Position numbers and translations under genes: made by a program
Origin: Rhizaria sp. SCN 62-66
Lineage: Eukaryota
Length of the DNA: 60,797 nt
NCBI GenBank assembly: GCA_001724265.1
Contig: MEDY01000155.1
Span: 1-60,797 of the forward strand
Direction: 5' to 3'
The notes under the pieces: generated by a model
Database searches by the model: none
What the model was told of the DNA's origin: nothing
Seen by the model: the letters and a program-made list of their open reading frames with translations, nothing else
In this document: piece after piece, positions 35,101 to 48,342 of the stretch
Layout of the letters: each line of letters begins with the position of its first letter
Position numbering within the stretch: the stretch's first letter is position 1

Positions 35101-36866
35101 GGCTTGAGGTATGCGTCGCAGGCAGTGGCGCTGATAGAGCCCAGTTGCCACGACGTAGGCAGCGTGAAGGAAAAGACACCACCCGCGGGGACGACAACGG
35201 GGAGCTCCATGTGGAACTCGCAGTTAGACGCGGGGGACCCGTACTCAGGTGTCGTCGAAATGATCGAAGTCGGCACGGAGCCTACAACGGTCGGCGGCCA
35301 CGACAGGTCTCCTTGCGCGACCGCGGCGCCGTCGGGGATCGTAATCTGCACCACGCTCTCCTGCTGCGGCGACGACGGCAGAACGTAGCTAGGCCCGTTG
35401 ACGTTGTTGCACGTGAGCGTGACCGTGGCGCCCGCGGCGATGGCGGTGCCCGCGTTGGCGCCGACCCAAACCGAGGAGTACATGATGTCGCTTCTGTAAG
35501 TAACTGTCGACGCCGCGCCGGTGATGTTGCAGAGCGTGGAGCCGTCGGCGGGGGTCATGAAGCCCTCTGCGAGCTGCACGCGGACGAATCCGCCCGCCGT
35601 GACGCCGCCGGCCGGAGCGGTGAAGGTCACCACGATAGTGGTACGCGCGCCGGACGCGGGCGCGCCGTCGGGGTATGAAACCACGGCGCCGGTGATGGCC
35701 GTGGCGGTGACCGGGGACACGGAGAGCGGGACGCTCGCGGCGACGGTCTTGGCCACGCCAGCCGAGTTGAAGTACTGGACGCCGACGCGCGAGTCCGTCA
35801 TGAGGCCGCGGATCACGACGCCGGTGCAGTACAGCTTGTAGTTGGCGTCGCTAAACGTGGACGCGAGGCTCTGGACGTAGGGGCTGTTCTGGCCGTACGT
35901 CAGCGCCAGTTGGAGCACGAACTGGCTCTTGACCGTGGCGACAGTGACCAAGCCCGGAGCCGCCGCGCCGGTGACCGTGGCGGACTCGGCGCAGTTCGCG
36001 GCGCTGCCGACGCAGACGGCGCAGTCGACGGCGCCCGCGGTCGGCGCCCAGCCCAGCGCGGGCGGCAGCGTGAGCGTGAGGAGGTCGCCCGGGAACATCC
36101 ACGTGCGCAGCGCGGAACCGGCCGCGTCGGCCCAGCCGCGGATCTCGAGCGCGCCCACGTCGTTGAGCGAGAGCGGACCGGGCGCGGGCACGAGCGCCCC
36201 CGCGGCGCGCGCCGTCTGGAAGGCGCCAACGGAGTAGCCCTCGTCGGCGAAGTCGGTGCCGAGCGCGATGGCGCCGAGGCTGCGGACCTCCTCGTAGACT
36301 ATGCCGCCGGCGAGGGTGATGATGGCGAAGGTGACGTTGTAGGCCGACGCGGGGTACGACGGCAGCGCAAGCCCGCGGATGAGCATCGTGGCCAAGGGCG
36401 CGGCGCCGGAGATGTAGGTCTGGATGAGCGTGATAGGCTCCGTCAGCGGGGTCGGCGCGCCGGGCTGGCCTAGCTTCGCGGGGTCGTTGATGCGGCACTC
36501 GGAGGGCGGCACGATGTCGGTGTTCTCGCCATTGCAGACGATCTTAGAAAGCGTGAGCACGGAGGAGTTAACGGTGAACTGCGTGCCCGTGGGGATGATG
36601 GTCGGGTGCAGCCAGGAGCCGGCGGGCAGGGTGATTTTGACGGCGGCGTCGTTGGAGGTCGCGGCGGGCAGGAGACCGAAGTTGAACTCCAGCGTCGTGA
36701 CGTCCGAGTTGGTCGTGATGGCCGACAAGGTCGGGGACGTAACCGACAAGGTGGAAAACGCCGAGGCCGCGGAGACCGGCTGGGGCGCCAGCGTCACGGC
36801 TGCGGTGAACAGCAGCAGCGCCACAGCGGTGGCTGCCCAGGAGAGGAGCTGGGCGGGGACACCCAT
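32104..36866 (-). CDS. Large type I cell-surface protein (about 1524 aa) with tandem beta-sandwich/Ig-like modules, 2 exons
   Basis: Exons 36866-34929 and 34740-32104 joined by a phase-0 GTACGG...CAG intron. Signal peptide, Thr/Val-rich ectodomain with recurring (T/K)LPxxW motifs, TM helix AWIALIVTASVLGAAVLFGVSSVVY, then RKKTK and a short tail. TGA stop. Confidence 0.88.
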
Positions 36867-37705
36867 GGTTCGCGCTCGGTGTCCGCAGTTCTGACAAGCT
36901 TGGGGTCGGGGCCGCGGGGAACGGGCGAGCAACAAGGGCTGCCCGTGGGAGCGCGAGTCAGGTTGAGTTCGGAAAGAAGGGCGAGTGCAGGTTAGAGTTC
37001 GAGTTGAGAGATGGCAGTTGAAATGCAGTGAGAGGGGTTTAAACGGTTCTGGTGCCGTTGTGCGGGTATACCGAACTGTCTGTAGATGTAACAATACATC
37101 GCACGTAATTACAATAAAACAAATCATCAAACATGTTTTTATGCGGCAATTACGATCAAATGAGCCACATCACAATCGTTTCTGCACCTCTCAAAGATAG
37201 TAGTCAGTGAGATTTTTCGGAACCCTCCTGCTCGGGTAACGACGGCAGTCGGCGCCACTGGGAGCTGAGTCGCATGGGCAGCGTTTTCTTTGTGCATTCT
37301 ATAGGGCGGACCTCCGTAAAGATGATCTGCAAGTAAGTGTTCATGGCAGTCCAGCTTGGTGGCAAACTGATGGTAAACTCGAATTTCCATCGAAGGTCTT
37401 CTTTGGAGCCCAATTCACGGCTTCATTCTGTTTCGCTCGTTTCGTGACGGAGCGCGCTAAGCCGCACTTTGTGAGGTTCATACGTGTCAGTTCATGAACT
37501 TTTCACATCAAACACATGATTGCGCTATTTTATATACGAAAAAACACATGGAAAACTTGGTATTGTCTCTGCTGACGCTCGTAGCATACCTTAAAAACCA
37601 AATTTACCTCGCTCATATTCTACCCTTGCTCCTCTTGCTCTCGCTCTCCCTGCGCTATGCATCGCCCCGCCGCCTTCCACCTTCTAACCAGCTTTTCAGC
37701 AGCAG

Positions 37706-38386
37706 ATGGCTTCGCAGATTAGCCGCAGCAGCACCAACCGCGGTCAGGCGCCCCAAGTCTCTGCCACCGCACGCCTCTCCATGCGCTCCGTACGTTGACC
37801 CCATAATACGAGTTTGAAGCAGGATCTCTGTTGTCTGTATCTCTTTCCCTGAAACTCATTCACTTTAACTCTGTCATATTGCTCACTGCTTCCGTTTTCT
37901 TTGCGTGCACAGACGTCGAGCAACGCCTTCAAGCGCCCGATCGAGATCAACGTGCTGATGGACTTCTCCCCCGCCGACCTCAACTCACTCACCGCCGACG
38001 AGCTCATCAGCATCTTCAAGCACTACGACCGCAAAGACGCGGGCCACCTCACAGTGCGCTCCCCCGAGCTGGAGCGCCTCGCGCGTCACGTCGTGGAGCG
38101 CATCGAGACGACGTTCACGGACGACTACACGCGCGACATGGCCAACGCGAACGAGGCGCAGATCGCGGCGGCGCTGGAGCGCGAGCGCGTGTACCTTATG
38201 CCCGGCGCCGGCAAGGACCGTGAGCGCAACGAACGCGACATGGTGCAGTACATGATCAAGGGGCTCGACCTCAACAAGGACGGCCGCATCACCACGCAGG
38301 AGTTCTCCATCGCTTGGTCAGAGTGCATGGCGAAGCTCTTCGTGTCGCGCTCCAGCAAGGGCAGCAAGGGTTGCACCATCCTCTAA
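37706..38386 (+). CDS. EF-hand calcium-binding protein with C-terminal CaaX box, 2 exons, 185 aa
   Basis: Exons 37706-37789 and 37913-38386. EF loops DRKDAGHL (degenerate) and DLNKDGRITTQE (canonical). Ends KGSKGCTIL followed by TAA. Confidence 0.88.
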
Positions 38387-41300
38387 GCACCCTCTTACCG
38401 CGACCGCTCTCGCGCTCAGCTCGCGCACTACTACCAATCACCATCTATACTTCGGCTAAGCATGGGCTTGAGGGGTCAGCCTACTACGTAACGGTTACGT
38501 ACTGACTCCCGACTCCTTGCGCCTGCCACCACAGACTGATAGCCAACAAAGTATTTTTCTATCGCTGTGGTTTCTTTTGTTTTTGTCTTTTGTTTTACGG
38601 TTCAGTTTTGTTTCGTTTTGTCATTACCACCTTTTTCTTTTCTCAAATCATCAACAATTTCGTTTTGCGTGTCTCTTTTGACTTCCGCACTTTGTCCTCG
38701 CACAGCTTTCTCACTGCTGCTGCGACTACCGCTGCTGCTGCTCTTGCCGCTGCCGCCGACAGCTGCTGACAACACCCGTCTTGGCCTCCGCCCTGTCTGT
38801 TTGCCCCGCCCCTTAATCCCTCCCCGACGATACTTCGCAACGACGACAAACAACTTCATCTTTCTGGCAACGCAATCTCTCTCTGCCTGCACTTTTTCAT
38901 TTGTTTTAAATGCCGTCGAAGACATCTGCCCACTGAGTCCGCCCGCTGTGCACTCCGAGCTCTGGCTCGTGCTGCGTCACTTGACACGGCCAACGCCCGT
39001 CAGCAACCACTGGAGACGTGTCGGCGTGGCAACTCAGTCAGGCCAGGGTTCCCACACTCTCCTCCTACCACTTCTCAGCAGTCACAATCCTCGTCACACT
39101 CCAGTCAAAGTCACACCGACTGCAGTTCGCAGTCTCCCCAATCTAAAATCCCCTCCTTTAAAAATGTATTTTCTTCTACCTAACCTACAATCCGCCCCAG
39201 CGAAGATTTCATTTCCTTCCCTCAACTGCTTTATACTGATTCCGCACTTTGCTGCGTTTTTTATTTTATTTTTTCCTGTTCATTTTTCTTGTCATCCATC
39301 AACGTTCATCATGTAAAATCAGACAGGCTGTGGCCAATGACAACGACATCGAACCTGTATGCGAACAATACAGTGACCACGGATGGTCATGATGTGTTTT
39401 TCCAGCACAACGCTTCGAAACGTCGCGCTTCATTATATTAGCCTCCGCTGTGTGAAATTTCATGCGATATAGGCGTGCGTGTACTGTCTGTCCGTGCTTA
39501 CGTGTGTTGTTTTGTGTGAACTACATGTGCGTGTGTCTTTGCACGCATGTGTGTGCAAAAATATGTCGATTAGCGCACACCTTTTTATGTGTCAGTTTCT
39601 TTTCGCGAATGTGTCAAGGTGTGTTCTGAGTCTCTTTTTATCTGCCCCGTGTGTGCTTGTGTGGCGCACGTTTGAGTTTTGTACTCTATCATTGTGAAAG
39701 CTTTGTTTGAGTTCTTTACTTTTGTTTCATATGCGTGCTCTATCTTTTTAGAGGTACTTACGCGTGTATTTTTCAACATTCACGTCACTGGTCTACACCT
39801 TTTTTCACAACAATTGCATTCGCACACTCACACATGCCATCTTTGTTGCTATGACTGTTGCTGTAAAGGACTATTTGTATTGCTCATGCTCGTCACTGTT
39901 TTTGTCTTGGTCTCTATCTTTGCCTCCGTCGTAAGATTCATCAACGTGTGATCTCTTTGTTTCTGTTTCTTAAGTCTTAACACAAGCGCCGACCCCGCTC
40001 TTGTTTCTTGAGACTATGGTGAGGATTACCACAACCACTCTACTACTCATTATGAATACTACTAAATTGGCATTGCCGCAAAACGTTAACAACACTTTGG
40101 TGACTCGTTGGTCATGACGTATTTTTTCTATGTCGTGTCTGTGTTGTGGCTTGCACCATAGCAACAAGTCTATCCAAGTTGTTTATATTTCAGACTGCGG
40201 TTTTTCGTTTTTCTTGTCATTCATTTTGTTTTCGTCTTTTTTTTTTTGTTTTTGTTTGCTTTTGACTCACTAACAAAATCAATATCACATCACATCAACA
40301 TTGCTTGCCTCTCTCTGTCAGTCTCCACTGCTGCTGTGGGCTCATTGTCGCTGCTCACAGTCAGTGGTACTTGCTCTATGTGAGTGCAGGTACGCCATGT
40401 TTGCATCCGACTTGGAATTTTACAACAACGCAGTAACACTCGCAACACACTCACTTTTAACAGTCACACAGTCACAATCACACAGTCACGCAGTCACGCA
40501 GCCCCCAGATGAGAAAAGAGACACGCGTGGATGCACTCTCACACTTCCAGCCACACACCTTCAGCAGCAGTCATCTTAACACATATATTTGCATGCTCTT
40601 TTATTTTCATTTTTATCAACTTCGCCACAGGGCGCTCGTTTTACCTCTATTGTTTCCCTTCATTTTGACTTTTGTCTCTTTATGTTTCGATCCTGCTTGT
40701 TTCGGTCTTGACTTCTCTGTCGTACTCCGTCCGTTCTCACAGTTTTCGTATTTTCATGATGCTTTCAACAATAGTCGAGGCACGCCATTGTCGTTTTGTT
40801 TTGACAGTTGATGACCACATTCTGAAGGCCAAGACAGTATCAACATACGCAGTCTTTTGGTGATATTCCTCGTTTTTATTTTTTGTCTTTCATCTTTGTT
40901 TTGTGTAATTGTTCTGTTTACTTGTTGTTTTTTTGTCCCTTTGTTTTATATTTTTGACCTGTCTATATGTTTCTATGTTCTACTGTTAATTTTTTTTTTC
41001 TTTCGCATGTCACCGCCCGCCACTGTCACGGTTGAATTGTCAACACAGCCATCAACCACACCCGCTGCCACGGTCGCTCTTGTTATAACGGCCGCGACTA
41101 TGCTCACAGGGAGGTGGTTGATGTCACTGACTGACTGTGAAGTGACGTGAGTGGACGACTGACAAATCAGCACTGTCGCGCATTTGTAACGCTCTTTACA
41201 CCATAAGCTTAACACAGTACAATACACAATTAACGTTCGTGTCTACTGGACATAAGAATAACACAAACGACAAGGCTTTGCCATCAAGTTCTCCACGTCT

Positions 41301-41834
41301 TTCATGTTATACTGGGTGAACGCGTAGTTGTGCTTGATCGTGGTGAAACCGGCTTGTGAGACAATAGTTAATGGTGATCTGCGGTTGCTGTTGTTGCATG
41401 CTATGTCATCAATATTATGGACATTCTTTCATGTAATTTCCTTTTCACACGTCTGAGGTCATTGCATTTCTAACCTAACTCGCATCTTCCTTTTCTCTGA
41501 GCTGGTCGTTACAGATTTGTGCAATTTTTTGATTTGTGGTGGAAACAAGCCAACGAGAGAATATTTTTCAGATCGATTTCCTCCGTGTATACTCGACAAA
41601 GCAAAATGTTAACCATTTAATGCATACTAGTAAAATTTTTCATAAATATTTTCCTTTTAACACTCCACATAAATTGTACTTATATGTCTTACAAACTGAC
41701 ACTTTGAAACCCATCACAAACAGTGTATCTTTCGCAACTCCAGTTCGCTCCCTACCAGAGCTGCGTGTCGCACAACGAAGCAGTAAAGACCTTACTAATC
41801 AGCTCTGCAAAGAATAACACATTTTACACCGCGT
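38387..41834. other. 3.4 kb T-rich non-coding region
   Basis: Low GC, long T runs on the plus strand, and only short ORFs that lack the codon bias of the real genes. Confidence 0.75.
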
Positions 41835-44666
41835 ATGGAGCTTACTCACGCCGTCCGCGAGGTGATTGGGTCCGTGCTGTCGCCCTCAGCTCGCGCTGCC
41901 GCGACCCAACTGGCCCGCGGCACTCGCCTCACGTCGACTGACTACGATGTCACGCGCACGGACTTCCACATTCCCCGCGCCTAGATTCTAGACATGGTCG
42001 ACATTGAGCTTCCCGCTACACCGAGCGTATCTGAGCTTGCGACACCCCACGACGACGGCGCTCTCCGCGATGCGCTGTCACGACTCGCAGCATCAGTCGA
42101 CATCGTGGGTCATCTTTATCACCGCTACCTGACTGCCGTCAAGTTTATGAAGAAGCGCCGCGAAGAGGCCGCCGAAGAGCTTGAGGCGGGTGGCTCAGAC
42201 GAGGAGGTTGTTGACACTGATATGACTAACGGCGGTGACGATGGTGATGATAGGAGCGATATCAACAACGCAGATGAGTAGCAGGAGGAAGCGAAGGACG
42301 ACAACGACGATGAGGCGGCCAACAACAGAGACACCAATGCCGCCGATGAGATCAACAACCACGAAAACGGGGACGCTGACGCCGAGCATCTGATCGACGA
42401 CGAAGACATTCCTCTGATCACCGGCACAATCGCCGAGATCAGGGAGCGCGTCAGTGCCACCGCCGCCGCTGTGCGTGAGGGCGCGAGCAACCTCAAGTAC
42501 GTTTTCCTCTGCAAGCGCGTGCTGCGCTTTCTGCGGCGCCGCTTTGAGCATTTCTACGACACGCCCGCCGCGCTCGCCGAGACGCTCGCAGCGCTGACGC
42601 CATTGCTGGGCTCGCGCGATCAGATCGACGCGACGCTGACGGCCGTGGCGGTGCGCGGCCTGGTTATCGCGGCGCCGCGCCGCCACCGCGGGCGGTTTGC
42701 GCGCGCGGCTGCGCTACCGATGTACGCAGCGCTGCTGGCTGCGCCGCTGACGAGCCCACTGCTGGTGGAAGCGCTGGCGAACTGCCTTGATTACTGCTGT
42801 ACGTACAGTGAGCGGGCCGTGTTCAAGGTTTATGCGCTCGGCAGCCCGGTTCCGGTGAGACTCCCCGTTTCTGATCATGGCGATGAGGAAGCAGCGAATG
42901 GTTCCGATGAGATCACCAACGTCAAGCTCAACGATGATGCGCAAGATCCGGAAAGTTCACAGTGCGCCTCTGACCACTCAGGCGTGGACCTGCTACCAAC
43001 GTCATTCGACAACTGCGCAGAGTTCGCGCTGTTGCGGCTGGCAGAACGTGCACTGCGCACAGTGCCATGCACGCAGAGTGCATACGGCGACATGGCCGCT
43101 GCGCTTGTGACGTGTGCTATGAAGTGTCTCGAGAACCGTCACGGCGCGTCTTACGTGGTCACGGATCTCTTTACGAGCAAGTGCATCACGGCGCACTACG
43201 CGGCGTCGCGGGTGTCCGCGCACTCGCTTGTTGTTGCGCCGTTGGTCGGGCTTGTCTGCAAGGCATTTCTCGACGATACCACCTCGTACATTGTTAACGA
43301 CGACGACGCGATGAACGCCAGCACCGATGCGAGGGCCAAGCGTGACCTATTTGTCAAACGGGCTAGCCACCGAGAGCGCTTGCAGCAAGTTATTGAGATG
43401 TCACGCGACCTGATTGGCGCTCTCGTCAACAACAACCTTGACACGGCAATGAAGCTGCCGTTTGAGAAGCCTGAGTTCAACTCTGCATTCCTGATTGACG
43501 ACTTTGATAGCGCGCTTTGGTTGCACAAGGGGCACGTAGTCGATGCGTGGCGCGCTGCCTGCGACACAGCGCTTGCGGCGGTGCGCGCCTCTGTGGGCCC
43601 GGGCGTGGCGGCGCAAATCGCCGCAGTGCGCGGCCGCGAGGAGACCAACATCCACGCATACATCAACGCCGTCCTCGCGTCTAAGAACCGGGACAGGATT
43701 TGCATTTCAGTCCCGGCCGCTCTAAGCAAACACGACCCTGTGGCGGCGCTGTCGGCTGAGGCGCTAACCGCGAACATGATGAGTCTCCTGCCGCTGCTGC
43801 CAGTGGCGCCTGCTCCGTTCTTTGAGAAGACCCTCTTCGTCCCTTGGTGCGATCTCATGACCGCGTTCGTCAAACAAGACAGCGGCGTGTCCATCGACTT
43901 TGACAACTTCATTTATCTCCTGACCACGGTGCGCCACGGCTGCGGGTTTGCGTTTCACCGCCTGCTTTCGCCGCCGGTTTACGCCGCCGGCCACCGCCTG
44001 GTGCAGCCCGTGGTCGACCTGCTGGGCCCGCTGACGTCCACACCGACGCTCAAGTGCGTCACGCGCGGCCCGCTCACTGCGCGCGACACGGCCGCGGGTG
44101 AGCGCTGGAGGGACGGCTACGCGTTGCACGAGGACGGCACGCCGCCGGTGCCGCGCGACGCCGTGTCCGCCGGCGCCGACCTGTCGCAGTCGCACCTGGA
44201 CGCGCTGCTGGCGCTGCTGCAGATCGGCGAGGTCGACACCGTTCACTGGGCTGCGTACCTGCTGATCCTGTACGTGGAGCTCGACTACTTGTTCTACACC
44301 GCGCCCGGCTGGGAGGCGACGCCGCTGCTCGCGCGCGCAGGGCTGCTGCCTGTGATGGCCGCAACGACGCGCCGCTTGGGCGGCGACGTGACGAAGATTC
44401 TCGCCGAGCTGCTCGCGAAAATGGGTCCCATCCTCTGCAATATGGCCGCAACGCGCACAAGTAGTGGCAAGGACAGCAAGGACGGCCAGCCACAGCTTCG
44501 GCCGCAGTCGCAGCTGACCGAGTTCCAGCAGCAGTGGCTGCGCGAGAACGTGGTCGCCCCGGTGCGGACGCTGTGCGTGGACCGGGCGTTCGCGGCCGCG
44601 GTGGAGGCCAAGTCGTCCGACGTGGCGTGGCGGCGGTTCGAGAGAGAGCTCCTCACCGAGCTGTGA
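41835..44666 (+). CDS. Hypothetical helical (ARM/HEAT-like) protein, 943 aa, with 2 in-frame TAG
   Basis: ATG 41835 (MELTHAVREVIG...) is in frame with track ORFs 41994..42281 and 42471..44666. The only interruptions are TAG at 41982-84 (IPRA-x-ILDM) and 42279-81 (NADE-x-QEEAKD). TGA stop. The fold is an impression from Leu/Ala amphipathic patterning. Confidence 0.72.
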
Positions 44667-44859
44667 ATCATAATCAGTATCGCAGAGTTGGTTGATTTAG
44701 ACGCGAACATGTTGAACTGTATTATTCAGTGTTCGAATACACTGGCCCGCTTATTGTACTCAAGACTATTGCCATCATCAGCATATCTTGCTATCATAAA
44801 TACACCAGCCTCATCACCTTGTTACCGGTTGCCGCCGGTGAGCCAATGCACTTACTCAC

Positions 44860-47800
44860 TCACTTAGCCTCAGCAGACGCAGCGGCCGCCACGGCCTTGG
44901 CCTTGGCCTTGGCGCGCATGGCGGCCTGCTTGGCCGCGATGGCGATGGGTGAGGCCGTGCGCGCACGCATGACCTGCTGCAACGCGACCGCGGCGGCGGC
45001 GGCGACGTTGACGGAGTCGATGAGCGGGCGCTCCAGAAGCAGGTGCTGCCGCTGCGGCAGGAGCGGCTTGATCGACGCGATCACGTGAGCGTCGCTGATC
45101 ACGTCGGCGGGCAGCCCCGAGCCTTCGGCGCCGAGCAGCAGCACGACGCCGAAGCTGCGGCTGGGCTGCGCCAGCGCCAGCGCCGCGCGGGTCTCGGGGG
45201 TCGACGCGGCCAGGATGTCCGTCGTGAACACGTTCACATCGCCGTCGTCCGCCTCACTGCCATTTTTATCACTGGCAGCGGCACTCGCAGCGGCAGTGCT
45301 GTCCGCGGAGGCCAGCGTGGCGGCCTTGCGCGCGCGCGCCGAGTCTGCGATGGCGTGGAAGTCGACGTGCTCGATGCCCACCGCGCGGCGGGCGTGCGGC
45401 GCGAGCGCGACGACGCACACGCCGCCCCAGTCGCGGCGCAGCGCGCCCGTCGCGCGGTCCACGCGGCGCGCCGTGACGTCGGCGTCGGCCGCCACGGCCG
45501 CCTGCAGCGCCGGGTCGTCGTAGGCTCGGCGCAGGGCGCGAACGAAGCCGCCCAGGTTCGACACCGAGTGGATGGGCAGCGCGTCAAGCCCACCCGAGGC
45601 GGACTTGATCGCCACAGGGCTCAGCCGCGCCGCGGGGGCGCCCTCGGGGTTGTGCAAGATGAGACCCTTGGCACCGAAGAATGCCGCAGAGCGCGCCACC
45701 GCGCCGATGTTTTCGGGGTCCTAGAGAACGAGTGATAAGCAAACAAATTGATTGGTTCGTGGTGAAGATGTGAGTTTAAGAACATAAAATTGAAAGAATG
45801 ATATCGCGAGATACACATAAGCACTACTTTGTCGAAGCCTTTTGATATTTGTTATTGCGTGAAGTGCCGTCGTACCTGGACACCGTCGGCGACGACCCAG
45901 ACATTGCGCATGCCGCAGTCGAGGCTCTCATCGTACCACACGCCCTCGGGCACCGGCGCCTCGGCCGCGGCCTTCACGATCGCCGCAATCGCGGCCTCGT
46001 CCCCGGCGGCAGCCTCAGCCACAGCAGCGGCGGTGGTGGCAGAGCGGCGGACCTGCGCGGCGGCCGCGGCGTCGGCCGCCTGCGCGCGGAGCGAGTCCTC
46101 GGTGACGGCGGCGGGCGTGCCCTGCTGCCAGAGCGCGGCGGCGACGTCGACGCCGAGCTGCGCGGGGGACAGCGCCGTGACGCGCGCGGCGCGCGCCTGC
46201 GGGTCGAGGCGCGCGCAGTCGAGCACGAGCCCGTTGTGCGGGCGTGAGTTGGAGAGGTGGTCCAGGACCGCGCGGTTGCACGGCAGCACGGGGATCCCGC
46301 GCTCCTGCGCGAAGAGGTACGCCGACCGCGCGGCCTCCAGGGCGCTGGGCGCGCGCGGGGTCGCAGAGCGCGTCAGCGACGCCAGACTCGCCACCGCGGC
46401 CGACGACAACGCCGGCAGGGCGGATGAGACAGAGTCAGTGCTTTTGCTGCTGTGCGCAGAGTCATGAGCAGAGTCATCATGGGCGGGGGCAGCGTGCTCA
46501 TCAAGGCTGGCGAGATCGTTGTCGTTGGGGTCACGCGCGTTGCCGCTGTCCGCCACACCGACGCCAGAGTCAGCGCTCTTGGCACTGAAGCTGCTCGCTT
46601 TGCCGTCGTCGTTCATGAGGCTGGAGAGACCGTGTGCCGCGCCCTCGCCGTCCGCGTCCACCATATGCGCGCCACTTTCTGCCTCAGCAACTGCGTCGCC
46701 GAGGCCGTTGAGCGACTTGCCGCCGGCCTCTGTGTCGGCGGCGGCGCGGAGGGCGCTGAGGCGGTCTGCCTGGAGGCGCTGCTCGTCGCCCAGCTCGGCC
46801 TCGACGCGCTCCAGCAGCGAGTACAGCATGAAGAGCTTGCCGTACTCGCGGCGGCGGCCGTGCACCAGCGCCGACAGCACCGCATGCGAGCCGTACACGG
46901 CCTGCCCCGCGATGCGGAAGTCGGCGTGCTGCAAAAAGGGCGGCAGCTTGCTGAAGGCCAACGCTTCCGCCTCCGCCTTAGCCTTGGCCGCCGGAGAGAG
47001 AGCGCCGGGCTTGTTGTTGCTGTTGCTGGCGGCGGCGGCCTTGTTGCTGCGGTGGACGTCAGGCGCGACGGCCGAGAGGCGCAGGAAGCGCGGGGGCGTG
47101 CCACCAGGTGCACGGATCGAGGGCAGCTCGTCACTCCCCGCGTCAAGCGCGCCCTCGGCGGCGTCAGCAACGTCGGCGTTGCTGTTGCTGTTGTTGTGGT
47201 TGCTCTCGGCGGCGTCGAGGCGGCTCTGGCGGTAGCCCGGAAGCGCGGCGGCGGGGACCCCGTCCATGCGGCGCTTGAGCCAGTTGCCCTCGGCGTCCTT
47301 GCCCGGCTGCCACGGCTCACGGTCACTAGGGCGCTGCTCACGGTCACTGATGTAGCGTGAGGGGCCGCGGCTGTCGTTGCCGCCGCGGAAGCCGCCGCCG
47401 TTGCCGCCACGATTGGCGCCGTAGCCGCCGCTGCTGTTGCTGCGGTTAGCATTGAAGCCCCTCGAGTCACGGCCACGGTCGCGGTCGCGGTGCTGGCTGT
47501 CGCGGTCGCGGGGGCCGCGGGAGTCGCGGTCGTAGCTGTCGCGGGGCGCGCCTCCCGCGCCAGAGCCGGAGCCAGAGCCGCCGCCGTTGGGGGAGAGGTA
47601 GGCGGCGGCCTCGCGGGCGCGCGGGTCGTTGCGCAAGCCGTCGTCGTTGCCATAGCTGCTGTTGTTATAGCTGTTGCTGCTGCGGGGCGTGAAGGATCCG
47701 GAGTTGCGCGTGGGGCGGCGGCTTGAGGCGCCGACGGGGATGCCGTCGCCGATGTCAGCGAAAGCACCGCCGCCGCTGCTGTTGCCGCTGTTGTTGTTGT

Positions 47801-47990
47801 GTGCGTTGGGGGGGTGGGAGCGGAGGTAGTCAGCGCCGCTGCGGGGCGCGTCCTGCGCTGCGAACTCATTGTCTGAGAAGACGCTGCGACGGCTGGAGGA
47901 GAAAGCGGCCTGGGGCACGGCCGAGACGGCGAGGGAGAGCGCCGGGAGCCCGCCGCGGCGACGCAGGAGGGCGGCCGTGGTGCGAAGCAT
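44860..47990 (-). CDS. MRM1: Mitochondrial rRNA 2'-O-methyltransferase (SpoU/SPOUT, MRM1/RlmB-like), 2 exons, about 991 aa
   Basis: Exons 47990-45876 and 45720-44860 rebuild ADGVQ|DPENIGAVARSA. Also VYGSHAVLSAL, RPHNGLVLD, LLLGAEGSGL and DSVNVAAA. The Arg-rich, acid-free N-terminus resembles a presequence. TGA stop. Confidence 0.9.
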
Positions 47991-48342
47991 GGGCACGGCT
48001 GAGAGCGACAAAAGCGGGGCGCATACAAAGGGTTATGAGAAGTTATGAGGCATTTCAAAAACAAATATTCAGTAAAAATCAAATTAATTATGGGTTCCAC
48101 ATGCTGTTGCTCGAATAACGGTCGTTGCAGCGAGACGTCGGCGCTTCCCGGAAGTGCGGTCCGCAGCTACACGCCTGTTTGACCAGTCACCACTTGACAC
48201 TCCACTCCACCACAAACGGTTACTGATTCTTCCGATAGTGAGATCTCCATAAAATAAGCGATTTTCAGGTTAAATTCGAATTATTATGTATTGCGTAGCT
48301 ATATAACGGTGATGATAACTTATTTCATGAATTCGCGCCGGT

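Noticed and set aside
38567-41227. Phe/Leu/Cys-rich ORFs that look like membrane proteins (e.g. 38567..39316)
   Set aside because: A by-product of T-rich non-coding DNA; they lack the codon bias of the real genes and mostly have non-ATG starts.
9605-48156. CGGGAAG/CCGGAAGT (E2F- or ETS-like) motifs upstream of PPIL3, Tul1 and MRM1
   Set aside because: Too short and too few to distinguish from chance in GC-rich DNA.
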